Shown here in pieces: positions 31,172-51,826 of a stretch of 64,000 bases of DNA. The DNA is taken from assembly GCF_009914755.1 (NCBI RefSeq), contig NC_060944.1; one strand, 5' to 3'. The notes beneath the pieces were generated by a model. It was not told the DNA's origin and did not search any database. It worked only from the letters and a program-made list of their open reading frames with translations. Each line of letters begins with the position of its first letter. Positions within the stretch are counted from its first letter, which is position 1. The position numbers and the translations under genes were made by a program. The stretch is from the human T2T-CHM13v2.0 reference genome, Homo sapiens.

Positions 31172-32087
31172 TGATGGGAAGACTGTCAAGGAATTTGCAG
31201 CCATGTTTAAACCCCCACAGATACAGAATATGTTTACAGATTAGATGAGAAGGCACTGGGGAGTGGGGGGAGGTGAATGATGCAGAAGAGAGAAGAGGAA
31301 ACTGCAGGAATAAAGTCCTTCAGAGGCCACAAGGGGATAATACTCTGAAGGCACTCCTCACTGAAACAGAAGAAAATAAGATATGGCGAGGACAGGTGCA
31401 CAGTGAAAAGATGAGGCTGTTCCCATATGATAACTTCATGCTGCTCGATAATGTGCAGGTGAGCTCAACAGCTGAGGGGCGGATGTGGAGGGTTGAGAAG
31501 AAAAGAGGGTAGGACAGTAATCTCAGAGAATTGGAACATTAGGTATTTTTTTGAAGAAGATTTTAATAGTGATGACATTTTGTCATTTCTGGAAAGATTA
31601 TAATACATGATTATTAATCCTCAGTAATATATTAATAACACAATCTCTTTACTAGCAATTATTAATTATGCCAACTATTTATGGAACCCATGAGAGATAC
31701 TCCAGATTCTAGGTGTTGCTGACCAACTCTTGTTCACCACATTTCTTTAGGAGGGAGGCAAATGCTATTATTTCCATTTTATTGCTGCAGAAATTATATT
31801 CAATTTCATAAAGTAAATCTGATAAAGGACCCAAGATGAGAACTCTGAGACCATTTCTGAGGGAGGAGTATTGAGAACATGGAGAATACTTGCTTGTTTT
31901 ACTTGAGAGAATGTTTGGATTGCCAACTTTTAAGAGAGATAAAAAAGATTATTTGGCAAAAGTCAGTCTTCAGCAAAATTACTTAGTTAAGTGAAATATT
32001 TTTGCAAATGATGCTTCCAGTGTTAAAAACATGTTTGTAATTCATGTTCTGGAATTGCTTTCAGGAGGAGTTTCTGATACACGCGTG

Positions 32088-32116
32088 CGCACACACACAC
32101 ACACACACACACACAC
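32088..32116. repeat. (CA)n microsatellite
   Basis: Visible CA run. Confidence 0.9.
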
Positions 32117-33069
32117 TCTACAATTATCAGGATTATGTTTATTTATTAAATCACTCACCCAAATATTTTATTTATCCTAATCTCATAATGCACCTTACTT
32201 AGTCTCAGATATTTCCAAAAATCAACCCCCCATGAAAGTACTGAAAAATCATCGACAGTGAGGAAATTACAGAGAAGGTGAATCAGGCTTTGCTGAGAAT
32301 TTCCAAAGGGGGGTTCCAACGATGTTCTGAGCAGCTCCATTGCAAAGGTCCACACACATGCGTCACAGAATCCCATTATGTCAGGCATGACTGAGGTCTT
32401 AGAGTCACCCAAATAAAACTTATCTATGTGCTCTGACCTCTCCTCCTTCTGACACTCTTTATATTTATCTACCAATTGGGCTTCCAGTCATTCAATTAGT
32501 CAAGCTAAAGATTGTAGGGTCAACTTGACCCTCTGCTCCATTACTGTAAAATTCACTTGTTCATTGCTCACCACTATCAGTTAGAAATGCGTTCAGCTAT
32601 GAGGTACAGAAACCCTACCTAACAATGGCTTAAATACATTCATTTATTTTTCTTACATAACAAAAAGTCACATCCACATTCAAGGCAGGAAGAATAGGAA
32701 GGTGAAGGGTGACGTCAGCTGACTTTCCCTTTTGTTAGGATAGAAAAATCTTTCCCAGAAATCTCCAAAGCATACTTCCCCTTAGGCCTCATTGGTCAGA
32801 ATTGGATCCCATGGCCCCTCCCCGGCCCCGCCAACCTACAAAGGAAGCTGATCAGTTAGGGAATAAGATTGTCATAATTGGCATAGACCAGTGTAGATCT
32901 ATCACTGATCTGGACACATTGATTCAGCCCAAATCAAGTTCTGTTAGCAAGGAAGATGGGAAAATGGTTTTGGGTAAAAAATGGTGTTGGCCACAATTGC
33001 AATCTGCTCATTTTAGTTCTGCAGCAGCTGATTTTAGGTATGGCACAGTGGCTCATGCCATATATAAAT

Positions 33070-33370
33070 GGCCGGGTGCGGTGGCTCATGCCTATAACCC
33101 TAGCACCTTGGGAGGCTGAGGCCAGTGGATCTCCTGAGCTCAGGAGTTCAAGACCAGTCTGGGCAACATGGCGAAACCCTGTCTCTACCAAAATCACACA
33201 AAATTAGCCAGGTGTGGTGGTGCGTGCCTGTGGTCTCAGCTACTTGGGAGGCTGAGGTGGGAGGATTGCTTGAGCGTAGAGGTGGAGGTTGCAGTGAGCT
33301 GAGATGGCACTGCTGCACTCCAGCCTGGGTGACAGAATGAGACCCCATCTCAAACAAAACAAAGCAAAAA
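33070..33370 (+). mobile_element. AluJ/S-like element
   Basis: Full dimer, preceded by a short duplicated Alu head. Confidence 0.85.
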
Positions 33371-34179
33371 CCATAATCATGAATACTAAGGGCATGCCTC
33401 ACAAATCCCTGTGGTCTCATATCTGACCAACTGTGCCCATGTATGTTTCTTACCCCAACACACAGTAACATGTGCAGCCCCTTATCTTAAAAGGGTGAAC
33501 TTTGCTTGAGTTACATGCAATGGATTCAGCAGGTTCTTGCCAAGTGTTGGCTGCCTGTTTGCTCTCCTGATGTCTACCTGATTAAAAGAACCTTATAAAA
33601 GGAGGAAAAGGTCAGGGTAAAAACATTTCATGCAGCCTCTAGAAACAGAACTCAGTCCCTTAGGAAAAGTCACCTCTCTCTGGTAGGACTTGGCACCAAC
33701 GATTGCCACACACTAGTGAGAGTTGGGCCAACCAGTTGTAGGGGTGGAAAGTCCTCTGGTTTGGTGTCGTCTTTGTCGGGAAAAAAGGCAGAACCCTTTC
33801 CTCCCCTTCTTAACTCCACCTCTCACCCAGATTTGCAAGCAAACGTTACATTGGACCAACAGTGGGAATCTGAGAACTTTTTAGCAGAAATTTTCACTAT
33901 TTTGGCATTTGAAACCTAGTGTAAAGTAATTGGAAGAAAAAAGTGTCTATGGAGTTCTGTAGGTCTTACTCAAACATGTTCTGAGAAAAATCAACTCAAG
34001 GACATTGTCACGAGTAAAGACTATCTAGGGTCCTTGGCTCCGGAGGCCTTGCCTTCTCATGGGAAATCAAGAGTAGTGTTGAGGAGCAAGCTCAAGTCAG
34101 AAGATTTTCATACAAATCCTTGCTTCCCACATACTAGCTGAGTGACTTTGACAAGTTGCTTGACCTCTCTGTGCACAGT

Positions 34180-34356
34180 TCCGATGTGTGCTGGAGCTGG
34201 TTTATCCCCACTGGAAAGACGGATGTTTGCATTTCTTCCCAACTCTGTGTTCACTGACATCATGTTGGCTGTGGTGGGAATCTTTATACCATGGGAATTG
34301 GCAAATCAGTGTTTCCCCAGTCCACAGAGTTGTAAACATTTACCAGTGCACCACTG
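34180..34356. mobile_element. MER63-like hAT DNA element inside a MIR
   Basis: gtgtgctggagctgg...ttcccaactctgtgttcactgacatcatgttgg...tgtaaacatttaccagtgcaccactg. Confidence 0.6.
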
Positions 34357-34809
34357 CATGTTTTCTACTTTGTACAATGGGCTGATAATACCTTCCTCAC
34401 CTAGGGGATGAATTGAGAGAACTCATAGGAGACAAAAGTGATAGCCCTTAATACACACGAGTTTTCTAATTCTTTTAGCCATGTAAATGTTTGCTATATT
34501 ATTGTTGAGACTGCTTTTTGGAGAGGTGGGAGCTGATTTCACTTGCTCTATCATTGGTTTGCAAAGCCACTTACCATTTTGGTATCCCTGTTGCTCCTGG
34601 GGCCTATTTGACTGCTATGGCAACCTGTCAACCTACCCTGAAATTCAGCAAATTATTTAACCTGATGGCATGGCCGGAATAATGGGGTTGTGTTGGCAGA
34701 GAGACACCGGAGTCTCTGAAGAAAACACATGCATGATACAAAGGTCCCAGATTATTACACCTGAGTCGGGGATATATCTTGACCTGATTGTGGTGGAGAT
34801 GGACTGTAA

Positions 34810-35100
<291 letters not shown>

Positions 35101-35824
35101 TAGCTTATTAAAATACAAAAACAAAAACCAGGAGACAGGATGGTATAAAGATGAGAAAGACACACTCTGAAATGCCATCAGCTGTGTCTTAGGATACCGC
35201 TAGAATGGGATAGATTTCTTATTCTCCTTTTTGGGGATATCTCATCCTGCATTAGTCAGCTATTCCACAATGATGCTGCTTAACACACTGCTCCAGAACT
35301 CAGTGGCTTACAATAACAAGAATTTGTTCCCACACAAATTGTCTGTGGGTCAGCTGATCTAGCTCGGCTTGGCTCCAGGCTGTGGACTCCATTTAGATCT
35401 GCTACATGGATTCCATTCAGTGGCTCAGGTGATGACCTGGGGAATCCTGTTCTCACAGTGGAGGCAGGAGTGCAAAAGGATTGCAAAAGCACAGTGGCAG
35501 CCTCTGGGCCAAAGGAAGTCAAACGGCCAAGTCCAACAGTAAGTGGGCAGGTAGTATGTGCCACCCATGGTAGGAGAGGAGAGGGGAGAAAATATTTGCT
35601 GAACAATGATCCAAACTGTCACACAAACCATCACACTTATTTGAAAATAAGCTGATAAACTATTTTTCTAATTAAAAATATGTTCTTGTTAAAAATAATA
35701 CTTTACATTTGTATTGCATATTATGGTTTTAAAAGCATTTTTGCACCATTCTCTCATACGTTTCTTCCAGTGATAGAGTGGAAAGGTAGCATCCCCATTT
35801 TTAAAGATGTGAAGATTCTGGCTG

Positions 35825-36570
<746 letters not shown>

Positions 36571-38039
36571 CTGGCTGGCAGAATTTATGGCATCTACACT
36601 CTTTCTTGACAATTCCTCTGGTGTCTGGTATCCTCCCTGCCAAATCCATGCCACATCTCTAAGGCCAGATCTTCTTACACTCCTCTGGGCATACATATCG
36701 CTGAGAGTCTTGTTAAAAGGCAGACTCTGACTCAGAAAGGTCTGGGTGGACCTCAGAGCTGGGATTAGGGTGAGCCGAGGAGGTGCCCTGTACGACCCTG
36801 ACAGTGAGGGCCTCCTTAAATGCTGTGCCCGGGATGCCTCACCTGTGCCACCCTAGTCCTGGCCCTGTGAGATTCTGCCTTTCTGACAAATGCTGCTGGG
36901 CCAAGGACCACACTTTGAGTTGCAGTCCACGTGGGTTTCATGCGTGGTATCTCACCCTCAATAGCAATGAGGGTGTTTCTATTTTGAAGTTGGATGTCTG
37001 TAACTCCTAGAAAGGTAACAGTGGTTCTGCTACATTTTTCTTTTTCTTTTTAAATAACATTGGGTCACATGGGCTGGGCTGGCTGCCAATAATGTTGGTT
37101 CTTTAGTGACATTTCAGGAAATTAAGCTGGTAGCACAGAGATTCAGGGCCCCTTTGTAAGCACCTGGTCAGACCTTCATCCCCAGCCCTCCTGGCTTCCC
37201 AGAATATCCCACCATTAGTTCTGCCTCCTGACCTCTGTAGCACTGCCTGGAAGAGGTCTTTGCTCTCTTCCAATAGCCTCCCCTACCAGCCAGGGGCTGG
37301 GCCCAAACCAGCTACCCCATCACCAGCAATAGAGCCTATGCACTGAGCCCTGACCCCAGGCCTTGCTGCAAGCCCTACTCTTTCCTTACAGTTTTATATA
37401 TATATTTATTTATTTATATTATATATATATTTATATATTTATTTTAAAATTTTATTTTTAGAGAATAAAATTTTCTCAGGGTCGTGCTTTGTCGCCCGGG
37501 CTGGAGTGCAGTGGTGCAGTCATAGCTGTCTATATTTTTGAACTTAATTTGCCTTCCCTGTTACCGGCCCCATTTATGTCCATCAACACATCTCTTGAGT
37601 CAGAGGGCACAGGCTTGGGGTGTTGGGCCCTTCCCTCCCCCAGATCCTCTGCTCCTCTCACACAGGGCTCTGCCTTCTCTCCACGCTCCACTTTTGCAAC
37701 TGAGGGATGTCAGAGGGCAGCCAGAGGCCTCCCCGCCCAACTTCCAGGGGTGAAGAAGAGAGACACTATCCTGTTAAGTCCCCATGCAGCTTTTGTCATT
37801 TGCAGTGGCTAGGGAGAAGCGGCTATAGGACTTTTCCTCTGTGATGACTGAAGACACTGCAGCACATGGGGAATTATGGGTGTTTTTGGAGCTCACAGAG
37901 TAAGTTGGAGAAAAGAGGTAAATCCTTTTAGTGGAAAGAATCTTCCCCACAGGTGTTAGTCAGGAGCATTCTCATTCAGGTTTTTTAAAAATTGGGACTC
38001 CTCTGAGATAACTGAGCCTTTACAAAAATTATTATGATT

Positions 38040-39660
<1,621 letters not shown>

Positions 39661-40424
39661 ACAACACTCTAAGCACCTCATTTCTCTGGCTCCCAGACCT
39701 TTTTGGTCCAGCCTCTCCTCCCACAGCTAACTGCTCTTAATGCCCCTGGTTCTCTCTTACTGGTATGAGCCTGAGCTCAGGAACGCCTGCTCTGGAGCTA
39801 GGGTAAGGGGCATTTCAAGGCTGGGCAAGGCTGGGGAAGGAAGGGTGGGGTTTGCTGGGTTAAGCTTAGTGGCTTCTGGAGTCAAGACAAACACTGCTCA
39901 TTGGCAGTGTGACCCTGGGCAAGTTCACCTTCTGAACCTTTCTCCTTTGTAGAGGAAGCCATTTCTACCCTCTGTGGGCTGACAGGAGAATTGCACAAAG
40001 GGATATCTATAAACTGCATGTCACTAAAGCAAAGTGCCCTCAACACTCAGCCATCAGAATCAGAGGCTTCTGCTGTTCTATTGCCGCTGGGGATCTTTGC
40101 TTGCTGGTGTGTGTGTGTGTGTGTGTGTTTTAATATAGAACTGGAAAGAGACAAAAGAGCTCATGATAAGGCAGGATATGCCAGGAAATCTGTGACCAAG
40201 TCAGTGAGAAAGGAGTTGAAACCAGCGGGTAAGTGAGGTTTCTAAGGGGCTCTCTGAGGACCCCTGGAATCTGCCACTCCCCACACCACGGGAGGGAACG
40301 ACCCGGAATCTTGGCGCTGTGAGGAGAGACACATGTTAGACCTCAGAGTTGCAGTCCCTTTTCATAAGAGAGGAAAAAGTCACCTTTTTGGAGACAGTAG
40401 GTTGGAGAGGACACAACAGGACCG

Positions 40425-42756
40425 TACTCAAATCCATATAAATCTTTTACTTAAAAGTCATATAAAAGAATAAAAAATGCAGATTTCTGAATCAACTGTA
40501 GATAAGGAAGCAAATGATGTTGAAAGGTGCCCATTAATTTAAAATTTCATCATAGGAATTTGGGTGACCTTTTGCACTCAGTATTAAAAAAAACCATCAA
40601 GTTGCTCTTTGGAACAGTAGCATTTAGGTTTGTTTTTTTTTTTTTTTGTCACACTTGTTTATTTCTTTGGGATGTTGCTGTGTGTCATGGAAGAAACGCT
40701 CCCCTGAAAACTGTAACCAAACAAAGTTTGGTTAAAACAAAGTTGGTTCCTTTGTTTTCATGGAAATGTCAGACAACTATGAAAAGCTAAGGAAGCATGT
40801 TGAACTGAAGGTCTGGCTTTGGTAAATTAGGCAGAGATGTTCTCAGCAGCAAACAGGTAAAATCTGACATCGAGAAGCATTATTTTAATGTAGGACCAGT
40901 TATAATCTTAAAGAACTGACTAGGTTCTAAAATAATAGAACTGAGAAATAGGACTGAGAAATGACCAACATCAAGTATAATACGGTACACTTAGCACTTG
41001 TTTCTATAGAAAACATTTCAAATCAAGTTCTTTATGATGTGAACCAGATTTTCCAAATGCCTAAACCACTTCTGAGCTTTAAGCAAGGCCTCAGAAATTC
41101 AGCGGGTGCCTGGGAGGCTTCATTCACATTCACCTCTAAGGAGAGGCTAAAAGAGGAATTTCCAGATGGCAGCTACTGGCTCAGAACCAGGGGGTCCCTT
41201 GCCAAGTCTGTCTCTATGTGGCTCCCGGAATTGCTGAGGTCTCACTTCTCAGAGGGCTTTGATGGAAAATAAAGCAACAGCTGACGCTCACGGGCCTCGG
41301 AACTCTGGCCAGGCTCCCTGAGGGGTGCATCCTAGGAGAACTGAAAAATGGGATTGGAGCTTTTGCCTTATCCTTACACCCCAAGTTCTTTGTGTGGCAG
41401 AACATCTATGAAAAAATAATAAAATATTGTCTGATATTTCCCTTTACTTCTGGTATTGCTTTTGACCTTCTCAAAACCCACCCCTCCCACCTCTAACAAA
41501 CCAAAATGGAAAATGACAATTCAGGCAGCTGTTAATTGGCTCACTCTCTCAAGGCAAGCACTGTCTCAAGGCAGTCTCAAGGCAGAGATGACACAGCAAA
41601 AGACAGAGGGGGAGAAAAAAGTCTATTATTGGCTTGTGATTTACAAAAGCCAAAGTCCTTTAGATAAAAGGCCAGGAGTCGTACCAACATAGATACCAAA
41701 TCCAGGAGAACACAGACCAGCGATAAGAGGGACGCTTCCCCATGACCCAGACCAGCCTAAAGCCCCTGTGGGGGCAGCCAGTGGGGAGCTGTCAGACCTT
41801 GGACATGGTGGTCTTTGAGAATGGGTCTGCCCTTCTCTCCCTGACCAGTTGGGATAGACACCTGACTGGAATCCTTGACACTGGCAGGTGTTTCTATGAA
41901 CAGAGAGGACTGTGCCTGTCTTCCTGAATCCCAACCCAGAGTAGAAGCAGTGGAGACATGGATCTGGGTTGAGAAATGGGTTTTCCTGTCCCCCTGTGTC
42001 ACCCACATCTTCACAAAGGACTTACAGGTGGCTGAGAGATCTGTAGGAATGGAATGGGGCTTGCAGGTGGCCCCAGAAATCTGAGGAGACCAATGACTAA
42101 GACCAGATGTGGGTCAGTGGTCATCTTGGCAGGTATCACTGTGGACAGATGACACTGAGGGCCACTCCTCTGACCTTGGGTTGTCAACTGCTACCTGGTA
42201 GCCCCACCCCTCCCCTTTCTACCCCTAGACCTTGGCCTCCAGGGAAAAAGTGTGTGTAGGAACTCCCTCTGCCATTTTGAAAAGACAGGAGCTAAAAGCA
42301 GTTCCATGAAGGACAGGCGTTTCGTTTCATACCTGAGTTTGTGAAATAAGAGTTGTTCTTGCTACACGTGATTTTTACCTTTCTGTCTTCTCCATTGACT
42401 TAGTAATGAGACAGATCAGCACGAGGATAACTTGTAGCCATACACCTGGCAGGTTCTGCAAGTCAGAGAACTGTAACCACATGCTGGGCCTTAGAGCAAT
42501 CTTAGGGCACCTGCTTTTCTCCTGCCTACCCATTTTATAGAAAAAACAAGAGAGGCTCCTTCCGTGGCTGGTAGCACAGGGCAAAGTAAGGAAAGGGATG
42601 TGCCAGCAGTGGGTTTGAATGAGGATCTGGGTGACCAGCGGTGAATGTATGTTGTCTGTTAGTCCAGAATCTACATGCTGGGCACGTTAGGGATCCCTCT
42701 GGGGAGGGGCGCCTTTGGCTTGCCTTGTTGGTGTGAGCCGAGCACGCGTGCTTGTT
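40425..42756 (-). other. FERMT1: FERMT1 3' UTR (end approximate)
   Basis: Repeat-free sequence after the stop. Minus-strand AATAAA at 40658-40663 and variant AGTAAA near 40446-40451. Confidence 0.65.
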
Positions 42757-43071
<315 letters not shown>

Positions 43072-43084
43072 TCACTTCCATTAA

Positions 43085-43563
<479 letters not shown>

Positions 43564-43681
43564 TGCAGGCTCTTTAATGAATAAAAGTCTGCCTGAATTT
43601 TCCTACAGCCACTGCCCGGAACCCTTTCCTAGCTGCAAGTCATAAACTCTAAGCACTAGAAGAAAGACTTAGAGACTTTGC

Positions 43682-43856
43682 TGGTTCACAACCTTGGCTG
43701 CCCATTGAAATCACTTGTGGACCTTTAAAAATTACTAATGGTTCGTTCCTCCTCCCAGAGATTCAGATTTAACTGGCCTTGGGTGTGGTCTAGGCAGTGG
43801 TGTTTTAAAGCTCCCCAGGTGATCCTAATACGCATCAAGGCTTTAGAGCTACCGCC
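43682..43856. mobile_element. MER5-like hAT-Charlie element
   Basis: cccagagattcagatttaactgg...ttttaaagctccccaggtgatcctaat. Confidence 0.65.
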
Positions 43857-45013
43857 TTAGAGGTCATCTAATCTCTGAACTTGATTTTACAAATAAGCAC
43901 CCAGATGATTATCAACACTGCTGAGAGGAAGTCAGGGTTCTTAACAAATGTGTGGGTCTCTTACCATCCCTCTACGTCAGTGACTTTCTATTGGAAAATG
44001 AGAATGCCAAAGGAATGAGGGAAGATTGAGTCTGTATCAGCAACATCTGAATGTTTTAATTAATTCAAGAATGAATGAAACAGGGTCTTGCTTTGTTACC
44101 CAGGCTGGAGTGCAGTGGCACAGTCACTGCTCACTGTAACCTCGAACCTCAACTGATCATCCCTGGCTGAGTAGCTGAAACTACAGGTGCACACCATCAC
44201 ACCTGGCTAGTTCAGCGTTTTTTTTTTTTGTTTTTTTTTTTTTTAATTTTCTGTGGAGACAGGGTCTCATTATGTTGCCCAGGCTGGTCTCGAACTCCCA
44301 GCCTCAAGTGATCCTTCCCACCTCGGCCTCCCAAAGCACTGGGCAGAATGTTTTAAATTAGCGGCAGGATGCTAAGCTGCCTCTAACTTCATCTGGAATT
44401 TTCCATGATACAGGCTTGGCCTGAACTTAGCTCCTAGGATGGGAGATGATGGGAGGCTGTAACATAGGCTAGGGGTTTGAGGGCTCCTGGTTTTAAGAGG
44501 TGAAGCTTTTCTCAGTCATCACTATGGACCTCACTTTCTTCTTCAGCAGTTTTTCCCTTTTGGGCCTGGAATGCTCTCCAGGTGAGCAACTGAATCTTCC
44601 AGTCCTCCATCGGGTTTCTTGGCAGCCAGTCAGATGAGGCTTTTTTTGGATTTATTTTGCATAGCAGTTACATCTCCAGTAGTTTCTCATAAGTAAGTAT
44701 CAAGCTAAATCCTGTATAATCCTATGCTGAGTCAATGAAAATTAATGAAACTGCTCAGCGATTTCAGAACCTGTCTGTATTGAAAGTCTGCATGGAGACT
44801 AAGCCAACTTGCAGTGCTAATGCAAGAGCATTTGGCCTGTGCCTGTTAGGAAGCTGCCCAGAATTGCATATGATGATTTTAGCAGACAGACAGTTACCAT
44901 ATGCTTGTGGTTTCTTAGGTCTAAATAGAAGAACACCTTTTAAAACTCAGAATAATCTGCAATTCTGAGGGACACACATTTATAGGCTCAACACTGAAGA
45001 GCAAAAACTTTCA

Positions 45014-45217
<204 letters not shown>

Positions 45218-45419
45218 TCACTCACATATAACTTCTTAAAAATACTACCAGTATTTCTGAATCATTTCAGAGGAATGGACAATGAAGAATTAACTTTCTG
45301 CAGGGGGGCATTTTTATTGGGATATAGACAGCGTGAAAAAAGAATGAAGGCTATCCTGCAGATGGTCTTTAAGTAAAACTGACATCAGAGAGAAGAAAAA
45401 TAAGATGGAATCAAATAAA

Positions 45420-47280
45420 TTCATTCAAAATGATTACTGACTCTGTGTTGGGCACCCTTCTAGGCATGGGAGATATAGTAGTAAACTAAACGGATGGAAA
45501 ATTTCTGACTGTGGGAGGGAGAAGATCATAAGTATGAGGTACATATGCCAGATAAGATGAAGGAAAATAAAGTTGGAAGGGCTACAGGGAATACTGGTAA
45601 TAAGGTGGTTACAGTTTGAAACAGGGAGGTCAGTGAAAAGGTGACATTTGATCAAAAAATGGATATGCATGAGGATGTGAGCCGCGTGGATATCTGGGGA
45701 AAGAGTATTCCAGGCAGAGGGCACAGCCACTTAAAAAAATTTTTTTTTTAATGTGCTTAAGGACCTGCCAGGAGGCCCATGTGGCTGACACAGTGAAGGA
45801 GGGGAGAGAAATGTGAGTTCAAGAGCAAAGGTCTTGTAGGCCACTGTAAGGATCTGGCTTTTACTCTGAGTGAGATAAGAAATCCTTCAGATTTTGTGTG
45901 TGTGTGTGTCTTGTAGAGACAGGGTCTTGTTATGTTGCCCAGACTAGTCTTGAACTCCCGAACTTAGGCAATCCTCCTGCCTTTGCCTCCCAAAGTGCTG
46001 GGATTACAGGCATAAGCTGTCACACCTGTCCCAGATGGTTTTGAGCAGAGGCTTCACAAAATCTGATTTAGATTTTAAAAGGATCCCTCTGGCTGCTAAG
46101 TTGAAAATTTAGTGGGATCAGGGTAGAGGCAGGAACACCAAGCAGGATCACTCTGGACCGGCTCTGTGATGGTGGTGGTGGAGGAGGAGGCGGAAGAAGT
46201 GGTCGGATTCTGTGTGTACTTTGAAGGTAGAGTCACTAGGAGTTGCCTATGGGCAGGATGTTGGTGTAAGAGAAAGAGCAGAGTCAAGAATGACTCCAAA
46301 GGATTTGGCCTGAACATCTAGGGCGAGGAGTTGCCTTCTACTGAGATGAAGAAGTATGTAGCGGGGAGCCAGTTTAGGGGGAAGATCCGGAACTTTGGAC
46401 ATGTAAAGATGAGATGCTCATTAGATATCCAAGGGTCACTGGATTTATGAATCTCCAGTTCAAGAGACAGTTCTGGGCTCAAGATATATATTTCAGAGTA
46501 ATTGGCATATAAATGAAGTCAAAAGAATGGCTGAACCCAAGAAGGTGAGTAGAGATTGAGAAGAGGAATGCTTTAAGAACTGAGGCCTGGCTGGGTGCAG
46601 TGATTCACATCTGAAATCCCAGCACTCTGGGAGGCCGAGGCAAGGGGATTACTTGAAGCCAAGAGATTGAGAGCAGCCTGGGTAACACAGTGAGATCCCA
46701 TCTCCTAAAAGAAAGTTAGCTAGGTGTGGTGGCTCACAAGTCGCAGCTACTTGGGAGGCTGGGGTGAGAGGATCACATGAGCCCAGGAGTTTGAGGTTAT
46801 AGTGAGCCATGATTGTGCCACTGTGACAGAGTGAGATCCTGCCTCTAATTAAAAAAAAAAAAAACCAAAAAACTGAGGACTGTGCACTCTGGTATTATAA
46901 GAGATTGGAAAGATGAGAAAGAACCAGCCAAGGAGACCAAAAGAACTGGTCAGTGAGGGAGGAGAAAAGCCAGGAAAGTCAGCTGTGTTGGAAGGCAAGT
47001 GATGCAAGTTGGCAAAGGGTAAGGGGTGACTCATTGTGTCAAATGCTGCGGAGAGGGTAGCTGGTGCAAGGACTGAGAGGCGACCAATGGACTCAGCAAT
47101 GTGAAGGTCATGGGTGGCCAAGAGGTGACCTTGATGACAGAAAGTAGCAGGGGCAGTGGGGTAGGGAGGGAGAGAAAACCTAACTGGAGTGGTTTCAAGA
47201 GAGAATGGAAGCAAGGAATTGGAGGTAGTAGGTACGTACAATACATTCAAGAAGTTTTACTGCAAATTAGGGCAGAGCTT
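45420..47280. mobile_element. L2 remnant interrupted by Alus (~45910-46035 and ~46589-46865)
   Basis: L2-type blocks (gatatctggggaaagagtattccaggcagaggg; gtgtcaaatgctgcggagag). Confidence 0.65.
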
Positions 47281-48205
47281 GGGGAGAGCAGCTGGAGGGG
47301 GTTGCAAGAAGGGGAAACTGATGTGAAAAATGATGCTGCAGGAGACAGAAAAGCATAATTTTAAAAGAATTCCTAGCTGAATATGTCACTTTTCACATCA
47401 TTCTTATCTTCTGCATGTCACCCTTGGTTAAAATTTACTCCCCTGTTCTGGAATGTTTTCCACATTATTCCTTCATTTCACCACCTTAATGCTTAATATC
47501 ACAAATTAACCCACTTCTTACTCCACCCGCTTCTCTCTAACCTATGGGAGTTCCCTGGGCTGCTCTCCATCATCCAGGGAGCGGTGAAGCAAGGACCTAG
47601 GTCTCTCGGGTGTGGGCAGATCCCGATTCCGCCAGACATCCTACACACAGCATGGCTGCTCCAGGCTTTGACTCTGACTGACCTTGGAAAAAGCAGATCT
47701 TCGCTACACCTGGGCCCACTGCCTCAAAGCCTCACCTCCATAAACAGGTGTTAGAGATAGAGGGAGGTGCAGGGGGAAGTAGCTGGTAAAGGAGGAGTTG
47801 TCACCGGAAAGTTGTTCAGGCCCACACCACGCTTCACCACGTATCAGGCACTTTGCTTGCAGGCTGCACTGGATTCTCTCAACACAGTAGGTTCGGAGAG
47901 CCCACTGGACACATGGAGAAGCTGCGCTTGGGGAGCGCAGCAAAAATGCCCGGGTCACAGAGCTAGCAGAGGCAGAGGTGAGACTGAAAGCTGGGCCTGG
48001 TCAGTTCAAGTATTTATGTGGTTTTCACTATGCGGGGTTGACTTCAGGGTTACAGGTGAGTGTGTGTGTGTCCGCACATGGACACATATGCGCGCACATA
48101 GTGGGTATCCAGTACGACTCCGCGCTTCCTCACTCCTTTGTTGGGGTAAGTAAAGCAGAAGGAGTTGCTTGTTTGGGACAAACGTTGGGGACTGATATTC
48201 AATGA

Positions 48206-49345
<1,140 letters not shown>

Positions 49346-49622
49346 TTACCCTCTGGTTTTGGAAATGTAGTTATCCTAAAAAAAACCCTCCTTTTAAAAT
49401 TTCCTTTCCCACATTTAGCTGAGTTTCAGGGGTATTGGAACTTAGAACAGAAGGTATGGAAAATGTTTATGAGCAGCCCAAAGTGTCAGGACTATTTATA
49501 AAAGGGCAATATTCTCAAATAAAAAGCATTCTATATTCTATGCTAAATGAGAAAACTGGGGCTCCCCAAAAGCCACTTAAAATTGAATGGAAAGTGTGAG
49601 AAACAAGTGAACATTGTAATCA

Positions 49623-49808
<186 letters not shown>

Positions 49809-50262
49809 TTAGCTCCAGATCCCCCATAAGAACAATACACTCAAGGTCCGTCTGCAGCTCTACAAAGACAATCCATTCTCATCCATTCATTCTCTCTCTT
49901 TTTCTACAAGATACAACAATCACTGGAAGAAGCAGGAAAAGGATCACCCAACACATAAACTTCTAAAGTTGGTGCAGTTGGAGAGCTCTGGGGTCCCTCT
50001 GTCTGAGGTCTGTGGAGTGTCCACAGACAATGATTCTACATGAATCAGCTCATCTGTGCAACTTTTAACCCACTCCTATAGAAGCATAATTTTAATTATT
50101 AATTTGTGAGAACTAAATAAGTTCAATCTGGGAATACCTACATGTTTAGTCAGCAGTACAGTCACCTCTAACAAAATTAACAATAATTTCATAACATCAT
50201 CTAATATTCAGGACATAGTCAAATTTCAGCATCAACTGATTTTTTCATGATGATACTCTTAA

Positions 50263-50901
<639 letters not shown>

Positions 50902-51152
50902 TCAAGTGCAAAGCCCCCTGCTGCACACAGAGGGGGACTTGGGCTTTCTACCCCATTACAGTGCAAAACCATCACCTTCCAAGCAAGATGTGAAGTGGCA
51001 CACGTTGTGAGTGGCTGCTCATCAGCTAATGTAACACCTAACAGTAGTTTTTGAGTCCTGTGTTGAGTTTCTAGATGCTGGGAGGCTAGAGGATAGGAAT
51101 GTCAACTTTGATAAATTGCATGCAGGGAATTTGCATTTAAAGATGATCCAAG

Positions 51153-51826
<674 letters not shown>

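Noticed and set aside
32710-32717. Perfect CRE palindrome TGACGTCA
   Set aside because: A single 8-mer in an old LTR remnant with no supporting motif cluster; compatible with chance in 64 kb.
41641-42006. 121-aa ORF in the FERMT1 3' UTR
   Set aside because: Non-ATG start, no recognised homology, downstream of the main stop.
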